Below, in pieces: positions 8,133 to 18,002 of a stretch of DNA of 64,000 nucleotides. Position 1 is the stretch's first letter. Each line of letters begins with the position of its first letter. The stretch lies in NCBI GenBank assembly GCA_041671365.1, contig JBAZBP010000001.1:116459-180458 (forward strand). The letters run 5' to 3'. The DNA comes from Patescibacteria group bacterium (GTDB lineage Bacteria; Patescibacteriota; Patescibacteriia; Patescibacteriales; UBA12465). The notes beneath the pieces are model-generated. The model did not search any database, was not told the origin of the DNA, and saw only the letters and a program-made list of their open reading frames with translations. The position numbers and the translations under genes were made by a program.

Positions 8133-9724
8133 ATCAAACTGTTAATTATTTAAAGATTGGTAAGGCCGCCGATTTAAGCGGTCGTGATTACACAATTTAC
8201 CGGATATTAGAAATATTACCGGGATTTTTATCGATTTTTTCTCTTTTAATTTTAGTAGTTTTATCTTATTTACAACCGGTTTGGGTGGCTTACTTTATTA
8301 TTGCCTTCGATGTTTATTGGTTATTATTGGTCATTTATATGGCCATTTTTTTAATTTCTTCTTACTACCAACTCCAAACCGGATTAAAAACTGATTGGCG
8401 CATGGAATGCGAAAAATTAAAAAATATCCAATCTAACCCGCAATCAGCAGCGGCCACTTCTTTGGCTAGCCAGGGCGTTCAGTGGGAGGATTTATGGCAA
8501 TTAATTGTTTTGCCGAATTATAATGAAAGTTTAGAAATAATTCGGACTTCACTAATTTCTTTAGTAGAGGATGGTTATCCTGCCGATCGTTTAATTATTG
8601 CTTTGGCCATGGAAGAGCGGGCGGGCGTCGACGCTAAAAATCGCGCGACCTTGATTCAAGAAGAATTTGGTCATAAATTTGGACATTTTATCATTACTTG
8701 GCATCCGGACGGATTACCCGATGAATTAAAAGGTAAGGGTGCGAATCAAGCTTGGTCGGCGCAAATAGTAAAACGAGAAATAATTGATCGAGAAAATTTA
8801 AATTATGATCGGATTTTAGTTAGTGTTTTCGATATTGATACCATTGTTCAGCCGGGATATTTTTTTGCTCTGACTTATAAGTTCTTAACAGTGAACGATC
8901 CTTATCATACCAGCTATCAACCTTTGCCCGTTTATCATAATAATATTTGGAACGCTCCATTTTTTTCTCGAGTGGCCGCTTCGTCGAATACTTTTTGGCA
9001 GATGATTATGCAAATTAGACAAGAAAGCCTAGTTACTTATTCTTCCCATTCCATGACCTGGCGCGCCTTGGTAGAAATTGGTTTTTGGTCAACCACTAAT
9101 GTTTCCGAGGATTCTCGTATTTTTTGGCACTGTCTTATGTATTATAATGGACATTATCGAGTCGAGCCGATTCATTATAAAGTATCAATGGATGTTACCC
9201 ATGATGAAAATTATTTAAAAACGGCAAAAAGTCTATATAAGCAACAACGGCGCTGGGCCTGGGGAGTAGAAAATATTCCCTATTTATTATTCAACTCCGG
9301 TCAGCGCTGGAAAAATAAAGACTTTGATCGCAGTAAAGTCATCGGACATATTTTTATTCAACTTTACGGTTTCTATGCTTGGGCGACTAACGCTTTGATT
9401 ATTGCGATCATCGGTTGGTTACCAATGCTTCTCGGCGGAGATCGTTTTAATTCCACGGTTTTATCGGGAAATTTACCATCAGTGACGCAAAATTTGATGA
9501 GCGTGGCCATGATTGGCTTAGTTTTATCCGGTGTTATTTCCGCTCTTTTATTACCGCAGAGACCGAGAAAATATACAGTCTGGAAAAATATTGTGATGGC
9601 CTTAGAATGGGTAGTTGTGCCGATTACTATCATTATTTTTGGCGCTATTCCTTGCCTAGAGGCGCAAATTCGTTTAATGGCAGGCAAATACATGGGTTTT
9701 TGGGTAACGCCTAAATCTCGATAA
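8129..9724 (+). CDS. Processive membrane glycosyltransferase family 2
   Basis: Motifs PNYNE, FDID, SED and QQRRW, plus flanking TM helices. Confidence 0.85.
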   Translation: MNQTVNYLKIGKAADLSGRDYTIYRILEILPGFLSIFSLLILVVLSYLQPVWVAYFIIAFDVYWLLLVIYMAIFLISSYYQLQTGLKTDWRMECEKLKNIQSNPQSAAATSLASQGVQWEDLWQLIVLPNYNESLEIIRTSLISLVEDGYPADRLIIALAMEERAGVDAKNRATLIQEEFGHKFGHFIITWHPDGLPDELKGKGANQAWSAQIVKREIIDRENLNYDRILVSVFDIDTIVQPGYFFALTYKFLTVNDPYHTSYQPLPVYHNNIWNAPFFSRVAASSNTFWQMIMQIRQESLVTYSSHSMTWRALVEIGFWSTTNVSEDSRIFWHCLMYYNGHYRVEPIHYKVSMDVTHDENYLKTAKSLYKQQRRWAWGVENIPYLLFNSGQRWKNKDFDRSKVIGHIFIQLYGFYAWATNALIIAIIGWLPMLLGGDRFNSTVLSGNLPSVTQNLMSVAMIGLVLSGVISALLLPQRPRKYTVWKNIVMALEWVVVPITIIIFGAIPCLEAQIRLMAGKYMGFWVTPKSR

Positions 9725-9794
9725 AAATTTGGCCAATAAATCGAAATTTTAGAATAATTTCGCAGCTATTTTTTTTATGCTATAATAATTAACG

Positions 9795-10226
9795 ATGATA
9801 AAAAATAAAATTCGCCCTCGAAATTTTAATGGAGGGCCAGATTCTATTTCCCATAGTTTTTTTTATCGTCTGGTTTCTAACCAGCGTTTTTTAGCGATTA
9901 TCGGCTTGGTTTTTTTGGTGGTTATTATTTTTCCGTTGGCTCAAACTTATAGTCAACGCCGCTTGGCCGAAAAAGAGGTTCAGGATGTTAAAAATAAAAT
10001 AAGTAATTACGAGATTCAAAATAAGCAATTGGAAGATTTAATAACTTATTTAAAATCCGATCAGTCATTGGAAGCGCAAGCCCGACTTAACCTTAATATG
10101 AAGAAACCCGGCGAAGCGGTAATTGTTGTGGAAGATAAAAAGGTTAGTACCATGAATATTGCCGCCAGCTCCACCGATGAGTCCAGAAGTAATTTAGTTA
10201 AATGGTGGCGTTATTTTTTTAATTAG
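9795..10226 (+). CDS. ftsB: Septum formation initiator (FtsB/DivIC family)
   Basis: Single TM helix, coiled coil, EAQARLNLNMKKPGE. Confidence 0.8.
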   Translation: MIKNKIRPRNFNGGPDSISHSFFYRLVSNQRFLAIIGLVFLVVIIFPLAQTYSQRRLAEKEVQDVKNKISNYEIQNKQLEDLITYLKSDQSLEAQARLNLNMKKPGEAVIVVEDKKVSTMNIAASSTDESRSNLVKWWRYFFN

Positions 10227-10239
10227 AGGATTCTTTTTG

Positions 10240-10312
10240 AGCCGAGAAGGGGATTCGGACCCCTGACCTACGCGTTACGAGTGCGTTGCTCTACCAGCTG
10301 AGCTATCTCGGC
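10240..10312 (-). tRNA. tRNA-Thr(CGT)
   Basis: GCCGAGATAGCTCAGCTGGTAGAGCA-ACGCA CT CGT AA CGCGT-AGGTC-AGGGG TCCGAAT CCCCT-TCTCGGC; CCA not encoded. Confidence 0.93.
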
Positions 10313-10331
10313 AGTTGAGTAATGAACTGTC

Positions 10332-10406
10332 TGGAGCGGGTAAGCGGAATCGGACCGCCTTCTTCAGCTTGGGAAGCTGACGTAATAACCATTATACGAT
10401 ACCCGC
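10332..10406 (-). tRNA. tRNA-Gly(CCC)
   Basis: GCGGGTA...TCAGC TT CCC AA GCTGA...GGCGG TCCGATT CCGCT TACCCGC TCCA. Confidence 0.93.
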
Positions 10407-10464
10407 GAGACGAATGGTTGATATATTATAGAATTATTAAATTAGTTTAGTCAATTAATTATTT

Positions 10465-11961
10465 ATGTTTTCAAAATCTAATAAATATTTTTGGTTATTT
10501 GGTTTGGTTCTGTTTTTAATGCCACTAAGCGGGCGAACAGCCCTGGCGGCGAGTTTAAATATAACTTACGTGCCAGAGGCTTTCACGGCACCGGCTATTT
10601 TAAATATCGCTACTAGTTCAGAAAAAACAAGTTTGCCTTGGCAGTGGAAAGCCTTAACACCGGCTTATGATTATTCATTAACCACAGATGGTTTTTATGA
10701 TCCTAGCCGACCGATGAGGATTACAATCAATTATACCGGAACTAATAATTATTTAAAACAAATTTTTATTTTTGATTCCTCGGCTAATCTTTGGCGACCG
10801 CTCCCCACTACCGATTTTCCTAGTAAGAATCAGGCGACAGCTATGACGACTTCAGTGAGCGGTCGGCTGCTGATAGCTGCCAATTCAGATATGATGACCA
10901 TCGGTACCGCTAGTTGGTATAAATATAAAAATGGCTTGTTTGCCGCTTCCCCCGATTTTGCCAAGGGCTCTGTCTTAAAAGTTATTAATTTGGATAATAA
11001 TAAATCGGTTAATGTGATCGTTAATGATTATGGCCCGGAGAGAGCAATCTTTCCTAATCGTGTTGTTGATTTAGATTATGTAGCCTTTAAACAAATTGCT
11101 TCAACCGGCGCCGGATTAATTAAAGTTAGAATTGAACCTCTAAAAATTGTTGGATCTACTTTGAATAAACCTTTGGCACCGACATTAAGTACTCCAGCCT
11201 TGACCGCTTCATCGGCTGTAATTATGTTGGAGAAAACCGGAGAGATTCTTTGGGGAAAAAACCAAAATAAGATTTCCCCCTTGGCCAGTCTTAGCAAATT
11301 AGTGGCGATGCGAGTTTTTTTGGATACGCGTCCCAGTTTAAATAAAGTAGTTGCCTATAAAGTCCAGGACGAGAATTATAACTCTAAATATTGTTCACCT
11401 TCGGAATCGGCGCGCATTCGCCTGCGAGACGGCGAAACCGTTACGATTCAAGATTTAATTTATAGTTCTTTGGTTGGTTCAGCTAACAACGCCGTAGAAA
11501 GCTTAGTGCGGGTTAGTGGCTTAAGTCGTCCGAATTTTATTAAAAAAATGAATGAATTAGTTAAAACTTGGGGGGCAACTAATACTGTTTTTGTAGAACC
11601 GACGGGACTATCTCCCAACAACGTGAGTTCCCCGCAAGACTATGCTATAATAACTAAAGAAGTTTTTACTAATCCGTTATTGCAGAAGATCAGTACAACT
11701 TTAAATTATACTTTTAAGACAATCAACACCAAGATCAGACATAGTATTAAAAATACCGATAAATTATTGCAGACTAACACCTATAAAATTATTGGTTCAA
11801 AGACTGGTTATTTAGATGAAGCCAAATACTGTTTAATGACGCGTGTCCAAACGCCGCAGGGAAATTTGATTTCTGTTAATTTTGGTTCAACCAGTCAGGC
11901 GAATAATTTTTTGGATAATGAGCAATTAATTCGTTACGGATTATCTCTTTTTAAAAAATAA
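10465..11961 (+). CDS. Exported fusion protein: RlpA-like DPBB domain plus peptidase S11 (D-Ala-D-Ala carboxypeptidase/endopeptidase)
   Basis: Signal peptide; RlpA-like GTASWY...VNDYGP...RVVDL; PBP motifs SLSK, SAN and KTG. Confidence 0.85.
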   Translation: MFSKSNKYFWLFGLVLFLMPLSGRTALAASLNITYVPEAFTAPAILNIATSSEKTSLPWQWKALTPAYDYSLTTDGFYDPSRPMRITINYTGTNNYLKQIFIFDSSANLWRPLPTTDFPSKNQATAMTTSVSGRLLIAANSDMMTIGTASWYKYKNGLFAASPDFAKGSVLKVINLDNNKSVNVIVNDYGPERAIFPNRVVDLDYVAFKQIASTGAGLIKVRIEPLKIVGSTLNKPLAPTLSTPALTASSAVIMLEKTGEILWGKNQNKISPLASLSKLVAMRVFLDTRPSLNKVVAYKVQDENYNSKYCSPSESARIRLRDGETVTIQDLIYSSLVGSANNAVESLVRVSGLSRPNFIKKMNELVKTWGATNTVFVEPTGLSPNNVSSPQDYAIITKEVFTNPLLQKISTTLNYTFKTINTKIRHSIKNTDKLLQTNTYKIIGSKTGYLDEAKYCLMTRVQTPQGNLISVNFGSTSQANNFLDNEQLIRYGLSLFKK

Positions 11962-11970
11962 ATTACGTTT

Positions 11971-12651
11971 ATGATTAATTTGGAAAACATTTCCAAAACT
12001 TATCGGAATAAAGTAAAAGTCGTGAAAAATGTCAGTATTAGAGTGCAGCCCGGAGAATTTGTATCGATTGTTGGACAATCTGGTGCCGGTAAAACAACTT
12101 TAGTTCGTTTATTAATAGGAGAAGAACGAGCGGACGAAGGACGAGTGATGATTGGCGACTGGGATATAACCAGAATAAGTCGACGAGAAGTACCATATTT
12201 ACGGCGCCAAATCGGGGTTATTTTTCAAGACTTTAAGCTATTGCCTAAAAAGACTCTAGAGGAGAATGTTTCTTTTGCTCTGCAGGTTTCCGGCGGCCGG
12301 CCAGCTAAAATTAAAAAAATAGTTCCCAGTGTTTTGAAAATTGTTGGTTTAGATGCCGAAAGAAAACGATATCCTCATGAAGTTTCCGGCGGCGAACAGC
12401 AACGGGCGGCCATCGCTCGCGCTTTAGTGCATCAACCTAAAATATTGTTGGCCGACGAGCCGACCGGTAACTTGGACGCAATTAACGCGAATGACATTAT
12501 TAATTTATTATTACGAATTAATAAATTTGGGACGACGGTTGTTTTAGTGACGCACAACAAAGAAATCGTTAATCGTTTAAATAAGCGCGTCATTACCATG
12601 GATCACGGTCAGATTATTAATGATCAGGAACACGGAAAGTATTTACTTTAA
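11971..12651 (+). CDS. ftsE: Cell division ATP-binding protein FtsE
   Basis: Motifs GQSGAGKT, IGVIFQDFKLL, SGGEQQR and DEPTGNLD. Confidence 0.95.
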   Translation: MINLENISKTYRNKVKVVKNVSIRVQPGEFVSIVGQSGAGKTTLVRLLIGEERADEGRVMIGDWDITRISRREVPYLRRQIGVIFQDFKLLPKKTLEENVSFALQVSGGRPAKIKKIVPSVLKIVGLDAERKRYPHEVSGGEQQRAAIARALVHQPKILLADEPTGNLDAINANDIINLLLRINKFGTTVVLVTHNKEIVNRLNKRVITMDHGQIINDQEHGKYLL

Positions 12652-12672
12652 AGAATATTTATTTATTTTATT

Positions 12673-13581
12673 ATGTTATTTCTTTATCGCATTATAAAAT
12701 TTAGCTTTCAAGATATCGTTCGTAATGTTTGGTTGACTATTGCGACGGTCATGATTTTGCTTTTAGCTTTATTTTCTATTAATACTCTAATTACTGTTCG
12801 CTTAATCAGCGATAATGCTGTTACGGCGATTAAAGAAAAAATTGATATTAGTTTATATTTAAAAGCCGACGCGACGGAAAACCAGATTATGGATTTAAAA
12901 ACCCAAATTGCCGATCAGCCTAATATTAATAAGGTTATATATATTTCTAAGCAAAGTGCAATTGACGCTTTTCGTGTTAAGTATGAAAATAACCCCGAGG
13001 TTTTAGCCGCCTTGCAAGAATTGGGGCGCAATCCCTTGTCGCCAAGCTTAACAATTATTCCGCAAAATTTTGATGAATCTAATCTAGTAATTAATAGACT
13101 CAAAACTATTGATAATCCGATTATTGAATCGCGTGATTTTTCGGACAACACTGCCATTCTCGCCAAAATTAATAATATTACTTCTCGTATTAATGAAGTG
13201 GGATTATTCATTATTTCTATTTTTATTTTGATCAGCCTGTTGGTAGTTTATAACGCTATTCGAGTCGCTATTTATACTCATCGCCAGGAAATTGAAATTA
13301 TGCGTTTAGTGGGAGCTTCCGGATCTTTTATTTATATGCCCTATCTATGTTCTGCCGTAGTTTATGCTCTCTTAAGCGTTTTGATTATTATTTCGGTTTT
13401 TTATCCCTTTTTAACTTTACTCCAACCGTATTTAGAAGCTTTTTTTATGGGTTATAATATTAATATTCTTTCTTATTTCGTGGATAATTTTATTTTAATT
13501 TTTGGTGTTCAATTCTTGGTGGTGGTGATTATTAATGCTTTGGCCAGTTTATTGGCGGTACGTAAATATGCGCGGATTTAA
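12673..13581 (+). CDS. ftsX: Cell division permease-like protein FtsX
   Basis: Four TM helices, NPL, EIEIMRLVGAS; follows ftsE. Confidence 0.93.
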   Translation: MLFLYRIIKFSFQDIVRNVWLTIATVMILLLALFSINTLITVRLISDNAVTAIKEKIDISLYLKADATENQIMDLKTQIADQPNINKVIYISKQSAIDAFRVKYENNPEVLAALQELGRNPLSPSLTIIPQNFDESNLVINRLKTIDNPIIESRDFSDNTAILAKINNITSRINEVGLFIISIFILISLLVVYNAIRVAIYTHRQEIEIMRLVGASGSFIYMPYLCSAVVYALLSVLIIISVFYPFLTLLQPYLEAFFMGYNINILSYFVDNFILIFGVQFLVVVIINALASLLAVRKYARI

Positions 13582-13606
13582 TTTGACATATTAGGCATTT
13601 TTTAAT

Positions 13607-13631
13607 AATATCCTCTGGTGAGGATATTTTT
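13607..13631 (+). terminator. Hairpin/terminator after ftsX; overlaps a TTGACA-17-TAATAT promoter for tRNA-Gln
   Basis: aatatcctc-tggt-gaggatatt followed by T's. Confidence 0.55.
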
Positions 13632-13654
13632 GTCTAGAAGAATAAATTTTATAT

Positions 13655-13725
13655 TGCGAGATCGTCTAATGGTAGGACAGCGGCCTTTGAAGCCGTTTAT
13701 CCTGGTTCGAATCCAGGCCTCGCAG
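13655..13725 (+). tRNA. tRNA-Gln(TTG)
   Basis: TGCGAGATCGTCTAATGGTAGGACA-GCGGC CT TTG AA GCCGT-TTAT-CCTGG TTCGAAT CCAGG-CCTCGCAG. Confidence 0.92.
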
Positions 13726-13798
13726 CTAAAAGAAAAAGAAGCTAATTTTGTTAGTTTCTTATACTAATAATTAATTTTTTTTATTAAATTTACCAAAT

Positions 13799-14371
13799 AT
13801 GACTAAATTTAAAAATGAATTAATCGGAAAGAGAATTGTTTTAAAAAGACTCAAGCCAACTATTTTAATGGCTAGCACGATATTTAAGGTAGTTAATGAT
13901 AATAGATCACATTTATTACCCTGGTTTCCTTGGGCAAAGCTAGAGGCAAAAGTTGAAGACTCTTTTAAATATCTGCTGGAAACGAATGCAAAATTTAAGG
14001 CCGGAGAAAAGGTGGATTATGGAGTTTATATGAATAACGAATATATTGGTAATATAGGTATATTTGATATTAGTAAAAAGAAAAAATCCGCAGAAATAGG
14101 TTTCTGGCTATCTAAAAAATTTACCAGGAATGGATATATGACCGAGGCGGTGAGAATATTAGAAAAAGAATTTTTTTCAAATATCAATTTGAACAGAATT
14201 CAAATTAAATGCGATGAGAGAAATATTCCCTCCGCTGGCGTTGCTAAAAAATGCGGATATGTTTTTGAAGGAAAATATCGAGAAGATTTATATAGCGATT
14301 ACTTTAAAGATTTCAGGAACACTTTAATTTTCTCTAAATTAAAATCTGAATACAGGAAAAAGAGGAAGTAG
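13799..14371 (+). CDS. GNAT N-acetyltransferase, RimJ/RimL family
   Basis: Motifs HLLPWFPW, AEIGFWL...RNGYMTEA and NIPSAGVAKKCGY.FEG. Confidence 0.9.
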   Translation: MTKFKNELIGKRIVLKRLKPTILMASTIFKVVNDNRSHLLPWFPWAKLEAKVEDSFKYLLETNAKFKAGEKVDYGVYMNNEYIGNIGIFDISKKKKSAEIGFWLSKKFTRNGYMTEAVRILEKEFFSNINLNRIQIKCDERNIPSAGVAKKCGYVFEGKYREDLYSDYFKDFRNTLIFSKLKSEYRKKRK

Positions 14372-14420
14372 TTATATTAGATTATCATTCCAATCTCCCC
14401 TTATTTCTAACTAGTTTTTC

Positions 14421-14445
14421 AAAATCGCCATTTAGGCGGTTTTTT
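14421..14445 (+). terminator. Intrinsic terminator after the GNAT gene
   Basis: aaaatcgcc-attta-ggcggtttt followed by T's. Confidence 0.7.
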
Positions 14446-14534
14446 GTTATAATTTAAATAAGCTTGTAATTTAAAGCTTATTTTATTAATTTTGTGGTAA
14501 AGTGTGAATATTGGTTATCCTTAAGATTAGAAGT

Positions 14535-15815
14535 ATGAAAAAAATTAAAAATAAGATAAAAAAAATTTTTAAAATTATCGGACCGGGCGTTATTACGGGA
14601 GCGGCCGATAATGATCCGTCCGGAATCGCCACTTATTCTCAGACTGGCGCGCAATTCGGTTATGGCCAATTGTGGACGGTTATTTTTACTTTACCGTTTC
14701 TAACGGCCATTCAAGAGGCTTGCGCCCGTATCGGAGCGGTAACCGAGCAGGGTTTAGCGGCGGTTATTAAAAAACATTATACTAAAAAAGTTTTATTTGT
14801 CGCTATTTCCTTAATGTTTATAGCCAATACGATAAATATCGGGGCGGATATTGGCGCGATGGCGGCCGCCTTGCAGTTAGTCGTTCCTATTAATTTTACT
14901 TTGGCGATTTTAAGTTTCACCGTTTTAATCTTGATACTGGAGATTTTTACTAACTATCGTACTTATTCGAAGATTTTAAAGTGGTTAGCCTTGACTCTAT
15001 TGGCTTATCCGATTACGGTTTTTTTGATTCATCATCCTTGGTCGCAAATTTTAAGTGCCACCCTGGTACCGCACCTAGAATTTAGTTTCGCCTTTTTCTT
15101 TATCATTACGGGCGTTCTGGGCACAACCATCTCTCCTTATATGTTTTTTTGGGAAGCCTCGGAAGAAGTAGAAGAAGAAAAAATGGAACATATTTTTAGG
15201 AAAATCGGTCTGCCCCGCGGTATAAAAAAATTTATGAAAAATTTGCGCTGGGATAATTTTATCGGAATGTTGTTTTCGGAGATTACTACTTGGTGTATTA
15301 TTGTCGTGGCGGCAACCGTCTTAAATAGTAACGGTGTAACAAATATCGCAACGGCGGCGGATGCGGCTCGCGCCCTGGAGCCGTTGGTGCAGACTTTTCC
15401 GAACGCCGGTTTCATCGCTAAACTTATTTTTTCCGTAGGGATTATCGGCTTGGGTTTATTGGCTATACCGGTTTTATCCGGTTCGGCTTCTTATGCTTTA
15501 TCCGAAGCGGTTAGCTGGCGCGCCGGTTTAAATTTAAAATTTAAAAAAGCTCATGGATTTTACGGAGTGATTACTATTGCCACTTTAATCGGCTTGGGGA
15601 TTAATTTTATCGGCATTGATCCAATGAAGGCATTAGTCTTTACGGCCGTATTTAACGGCGTGGTTTCCGTTCCTCTTATTTTTTTGATTGCTCATATCGC
15701 CCGTAATAAAGAGATTATGGGAGAATATCGCAGCGGTTGGCTGTCTAATGCTTTAGTGTGGGGGACCTTTTTAATTATGGCTGCCTCGGCCGTCGCTATG
15801 TTTATTACTCTCTAA
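14535..15815 (+). CDS. NRAMP-family divalent metal transporter
   Basis: GPGVITGAADNDPSGIATYSQTGAQFGY, GTTISPY, about 11 TM helices. Confidence 0.9.
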   Translation: MKKIKNKIKKIFKIIGPGVITGAADNDPSGIATYSQTGAQFGYGQLWTVIFTLPFLTAIQEACARIGAVTEQGLAAVIKKHYTKKVLFVAISLMFIANTINIGADIGAMAAALQLVVPINFTLAILSFTVLILILEIFTNYRTYSKILKWLALTLLAYPITVFLIHHPWSQILSATLVPHLEFSFAFFFIITGVLGTTISPYMFFWEASEEVEEEKMEHIFRKIGLPRGIKKFMKNLRWDNFIGMLFSEITTWCIIVVAATVLNSNGVTNIATAADAARALEPLVQTFPNAGFIAKLIFSVGIIGLGLLAIPVLSGSASYALSEAVSWRAGLNLKFKKAHGFYGVITIATLIGLGINFIGIDPMKALVFTAVFNGVVSVPLIFLIAHIARNKEIMGEYRSGWLSNALVWGTFLIMAASAVAMFITL

Positions 15816-15816
15816 T

Positions 15817-16497
15817 ATGAAAGTTAAAGCCAGTTTACATATTCATACCGCCGAAGACGTTTTAGAAGGGCGCCATATTTTTTATAATATTTATCAGTTA
15901 ATTGATGCAGCCAAGAAATTAGATTTTAAAATTTTAGCCTTGACTGGGCATGAACATTTTATTTACCGCTCGGAATATGGAGCGTATGCTAAAAAAAATG
16001 GCATTCTCCTTATTCCGGGGATAGAATTAACAGTTATCTCCAAGAGCCATAAAAAAAATCATGTCGTAGTTCTAAATTGCGGTCCAGATATTGAAAGCAT
16101 TAAAACATTCCCTGATTTAGAAAATTATAAAAGAAATCATTTAGATATTTTTATTATTGCCCCTCACCCTAATTTTCATTTAGGTGTTTCTCTGGGATTA
16201 AAGAATTTGGAAAAATATATAGAACTATTTGATGCCATTGAGCATAGCTGGTTTTACACTAAATGGTTTAATCTTAATATTGCGGTCGCTAAAATTGCCC
16301 AGAAATATCATCGTCCGCTAGTGGCTACCAGTGATTTGCATCAGTTGGCCTATCTAGACAGGGATTACGCGCTGATTGAGTCAGCCGACTTAGACATTAA
16401 AAATGTTTTGTCGGCCCTCAGTCAGAATAATTTTGTTAACGTCACTAAGGCTAAAACCTGGAGAGAGTTATTGCCTGATTCTTTGAATTTATTATAG
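15817..16497 (+). CDS. PHP-domain metal-dependent phosphoesterase
   Basis: Motifs LHIHT, LTGH, PGIE, APHP and TSDLH. Confidence 0.85.
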   Translation: MKVKASLHIHTAEDVLEGRHIFYNIYQLIDAAKKLDFKILALTGHEHFIYRSEYGAYAKKNGILLIPGIELTVISKSHKKNHVVVLNCGPDIESIKTFPDLENYKRNHLDIFIIAPHPNFHLGVSLGLKNLEKYIELFDAIEHSWFYTKWFNLNIAVAKIAQKYHRPLVATSDLHQLAYLDRDYALIESADLDIKNVLSALSQNNFVNVTKAKTWRELLPDSLNLL

Positions 16498-16572
16498 AAA
16501 TTTTAAGGTCTGATAATTGTCCGATTCTGTTTAATACAGTCGCAGAACAAAACATGATATAATGATATTATT

Positions 16573-17916
16573 ATGAAAAAGTTAGTTTTATCATTATGTT
16601 TAATAGTTTTAATATTACCCTTGTTGGTTGGTGCTTTAAAATCTCAAGCGCAAATTAGTCCCGATCAATCTCTACAAACAGAAAAAACTCGGTTAGAACA
16701 GCAATTACGCGATATTGAAAGACAAATTGTTCAGAATGAACAATCTCTGTCTCAAGTACAATCGCAAAAAAATACTTTAGCCAATAAAATTAGACAACTT
16801 GGCTTGCAAAGAGCTGGACTCGTTTTAAAAATTAAAGCCCTGTCGGTTAATCTGGATCATTCCACTGTTCAGTTAACGCAAGTTCAATTTCAGATTGAAC
16901 AAAATCAGCAGAAAATTTTAACCTTACAGCAACACTTAGCCACAATTATCGATGAATTGTGGAGAACTCAGCAGTTTTCTTTATTTAATTTATTATTGTC
17001 TATTAATAGTTTCGCCGATTTTTATAACGGTATACGGAATTTAGAGAGTGTTAGCGTCAACATAAATAAATTATTGCAATCTTTGCGGGATCAGAAAAAT
17101 CAATTACAGCGAAACAGGCAATTACTTGTTGATGAAAGAGAAAAGCAACAAAATTTTGCGGTAATTATTAATTTGCAGAATTCTCAGGTAGCGAAAAATA
17201 TTCAGGACCAAAATAATTTATTAGCGCAGACCAAGGGCCAGGAGTCAAATTATCAAATACTCCTAAAACAAAACAAACAACGAGCAGTCGCTATTCGTAA
17301 TCGAATTTATAGCTTGGCCACCGTCGGTGTTGCTAGCCAAATTACCTTTGGCCAGGCTGTGCAAATAGCCCAAGCGACTTCCGGACAAACAGGAGTGCGC
17401 GCCGCGTTATTGTTGGCTGTTTTAACCCAGGAATCTAATTTGGGTCGTAATGTCGGGACTTGTAATCGTCAGGGGGATCCGCCCAGTAAAAGCTGGAAAG
17501 TCGTTATGAGTCCTAGCCGAGATCAAGGTCCGTTTATTCAGATAACTAAAGAATTAGGATTAAATATTAATATTACGCTCGTTTCTTGCCCGATGCACGA
17601 TAAAAATGGTAAACAGCTGGGTTGGGGCGGAGCAATGGGACCGGCACAATTTATTCCTTCTACTTGGTTAGGTTATAAATCGGCCATAGCGGCCATCACT
17701 GGTCGCACCGCCAATCCTTGGGATATTCGCGATGCTTTTTTAGCGGCCGGTTTGAAATTAAAAGCCGATGGTGCCGCTACGCTTAGTGGTGAATGGGCGG
17801 CGGCGATGCGTTATTTTTCCGGCTCCACTAATCCGGTTTATAGTTTTTATGGTGATAGCGTTATAGCGACCGCGACCCAATATCAAAATGATATTAATGA
17901 GTTAAATAGTAAATAA
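16573..17916 (+). CDS. Exported coiled-coil protein with a C-terminal lytic murein transglycosylase (SLT-like) domain
   Basis: Signal peptide, long Gln-rich coiled coil, QESNLG and GAMGPAQFIPSTW. Confidence 0.85.
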   Translation: MKKLVLSLCLIVLILPLLVGALKSQAQISPDQSLQTEKTRLEQQLRDIERQIVQNEQSLSQVQSQKNTLANKIRQLGLQRAGLVLKIKALSVNLDHSTVQLTQVQFQIEQNQQKILTLQQHLATIIDELWRTQQFSLFNLLLSINSFADFYNGIRNLESVSVNINKLLQSLRDQKNQLQRNRQLLVDEREKQQNFAVIINLQNSQVAKNIQDQNNLLAQTKGQESNYQILLKQNKQRAVAIRNRIYSLATVGVASQITFGQAVQIAQATSGQTGVRAALLLAVLTQESNLGRNVGTCNRQGDPPSKSWKVVMSPSRDQGPFIQITKELGLNINITLVSCPMHDKNGKQLGWGGAMGPAQFIPSTWLGYKSAIAAITGRTANPWDIRDAFLAAGLKLKADGAATLSGEWAAAMRYFSGSTNPVYSFYGDSVIATATQYQNDINELNSK

Positions 17917-18002
17917 ATATTTTGCCCGCTTTAAGTCGCTTGTTTGGTTTTTAATTATTGACAATACCAGTTAGTTGCGTTAGCATAAGATACGATAAAA
18001 AT

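Noticed and set aside
13655-14445. Prophage or integrative element at tRNA-Gln
   Set aside because: No integrase, phage genes or duplicated tRNA 3' end was found
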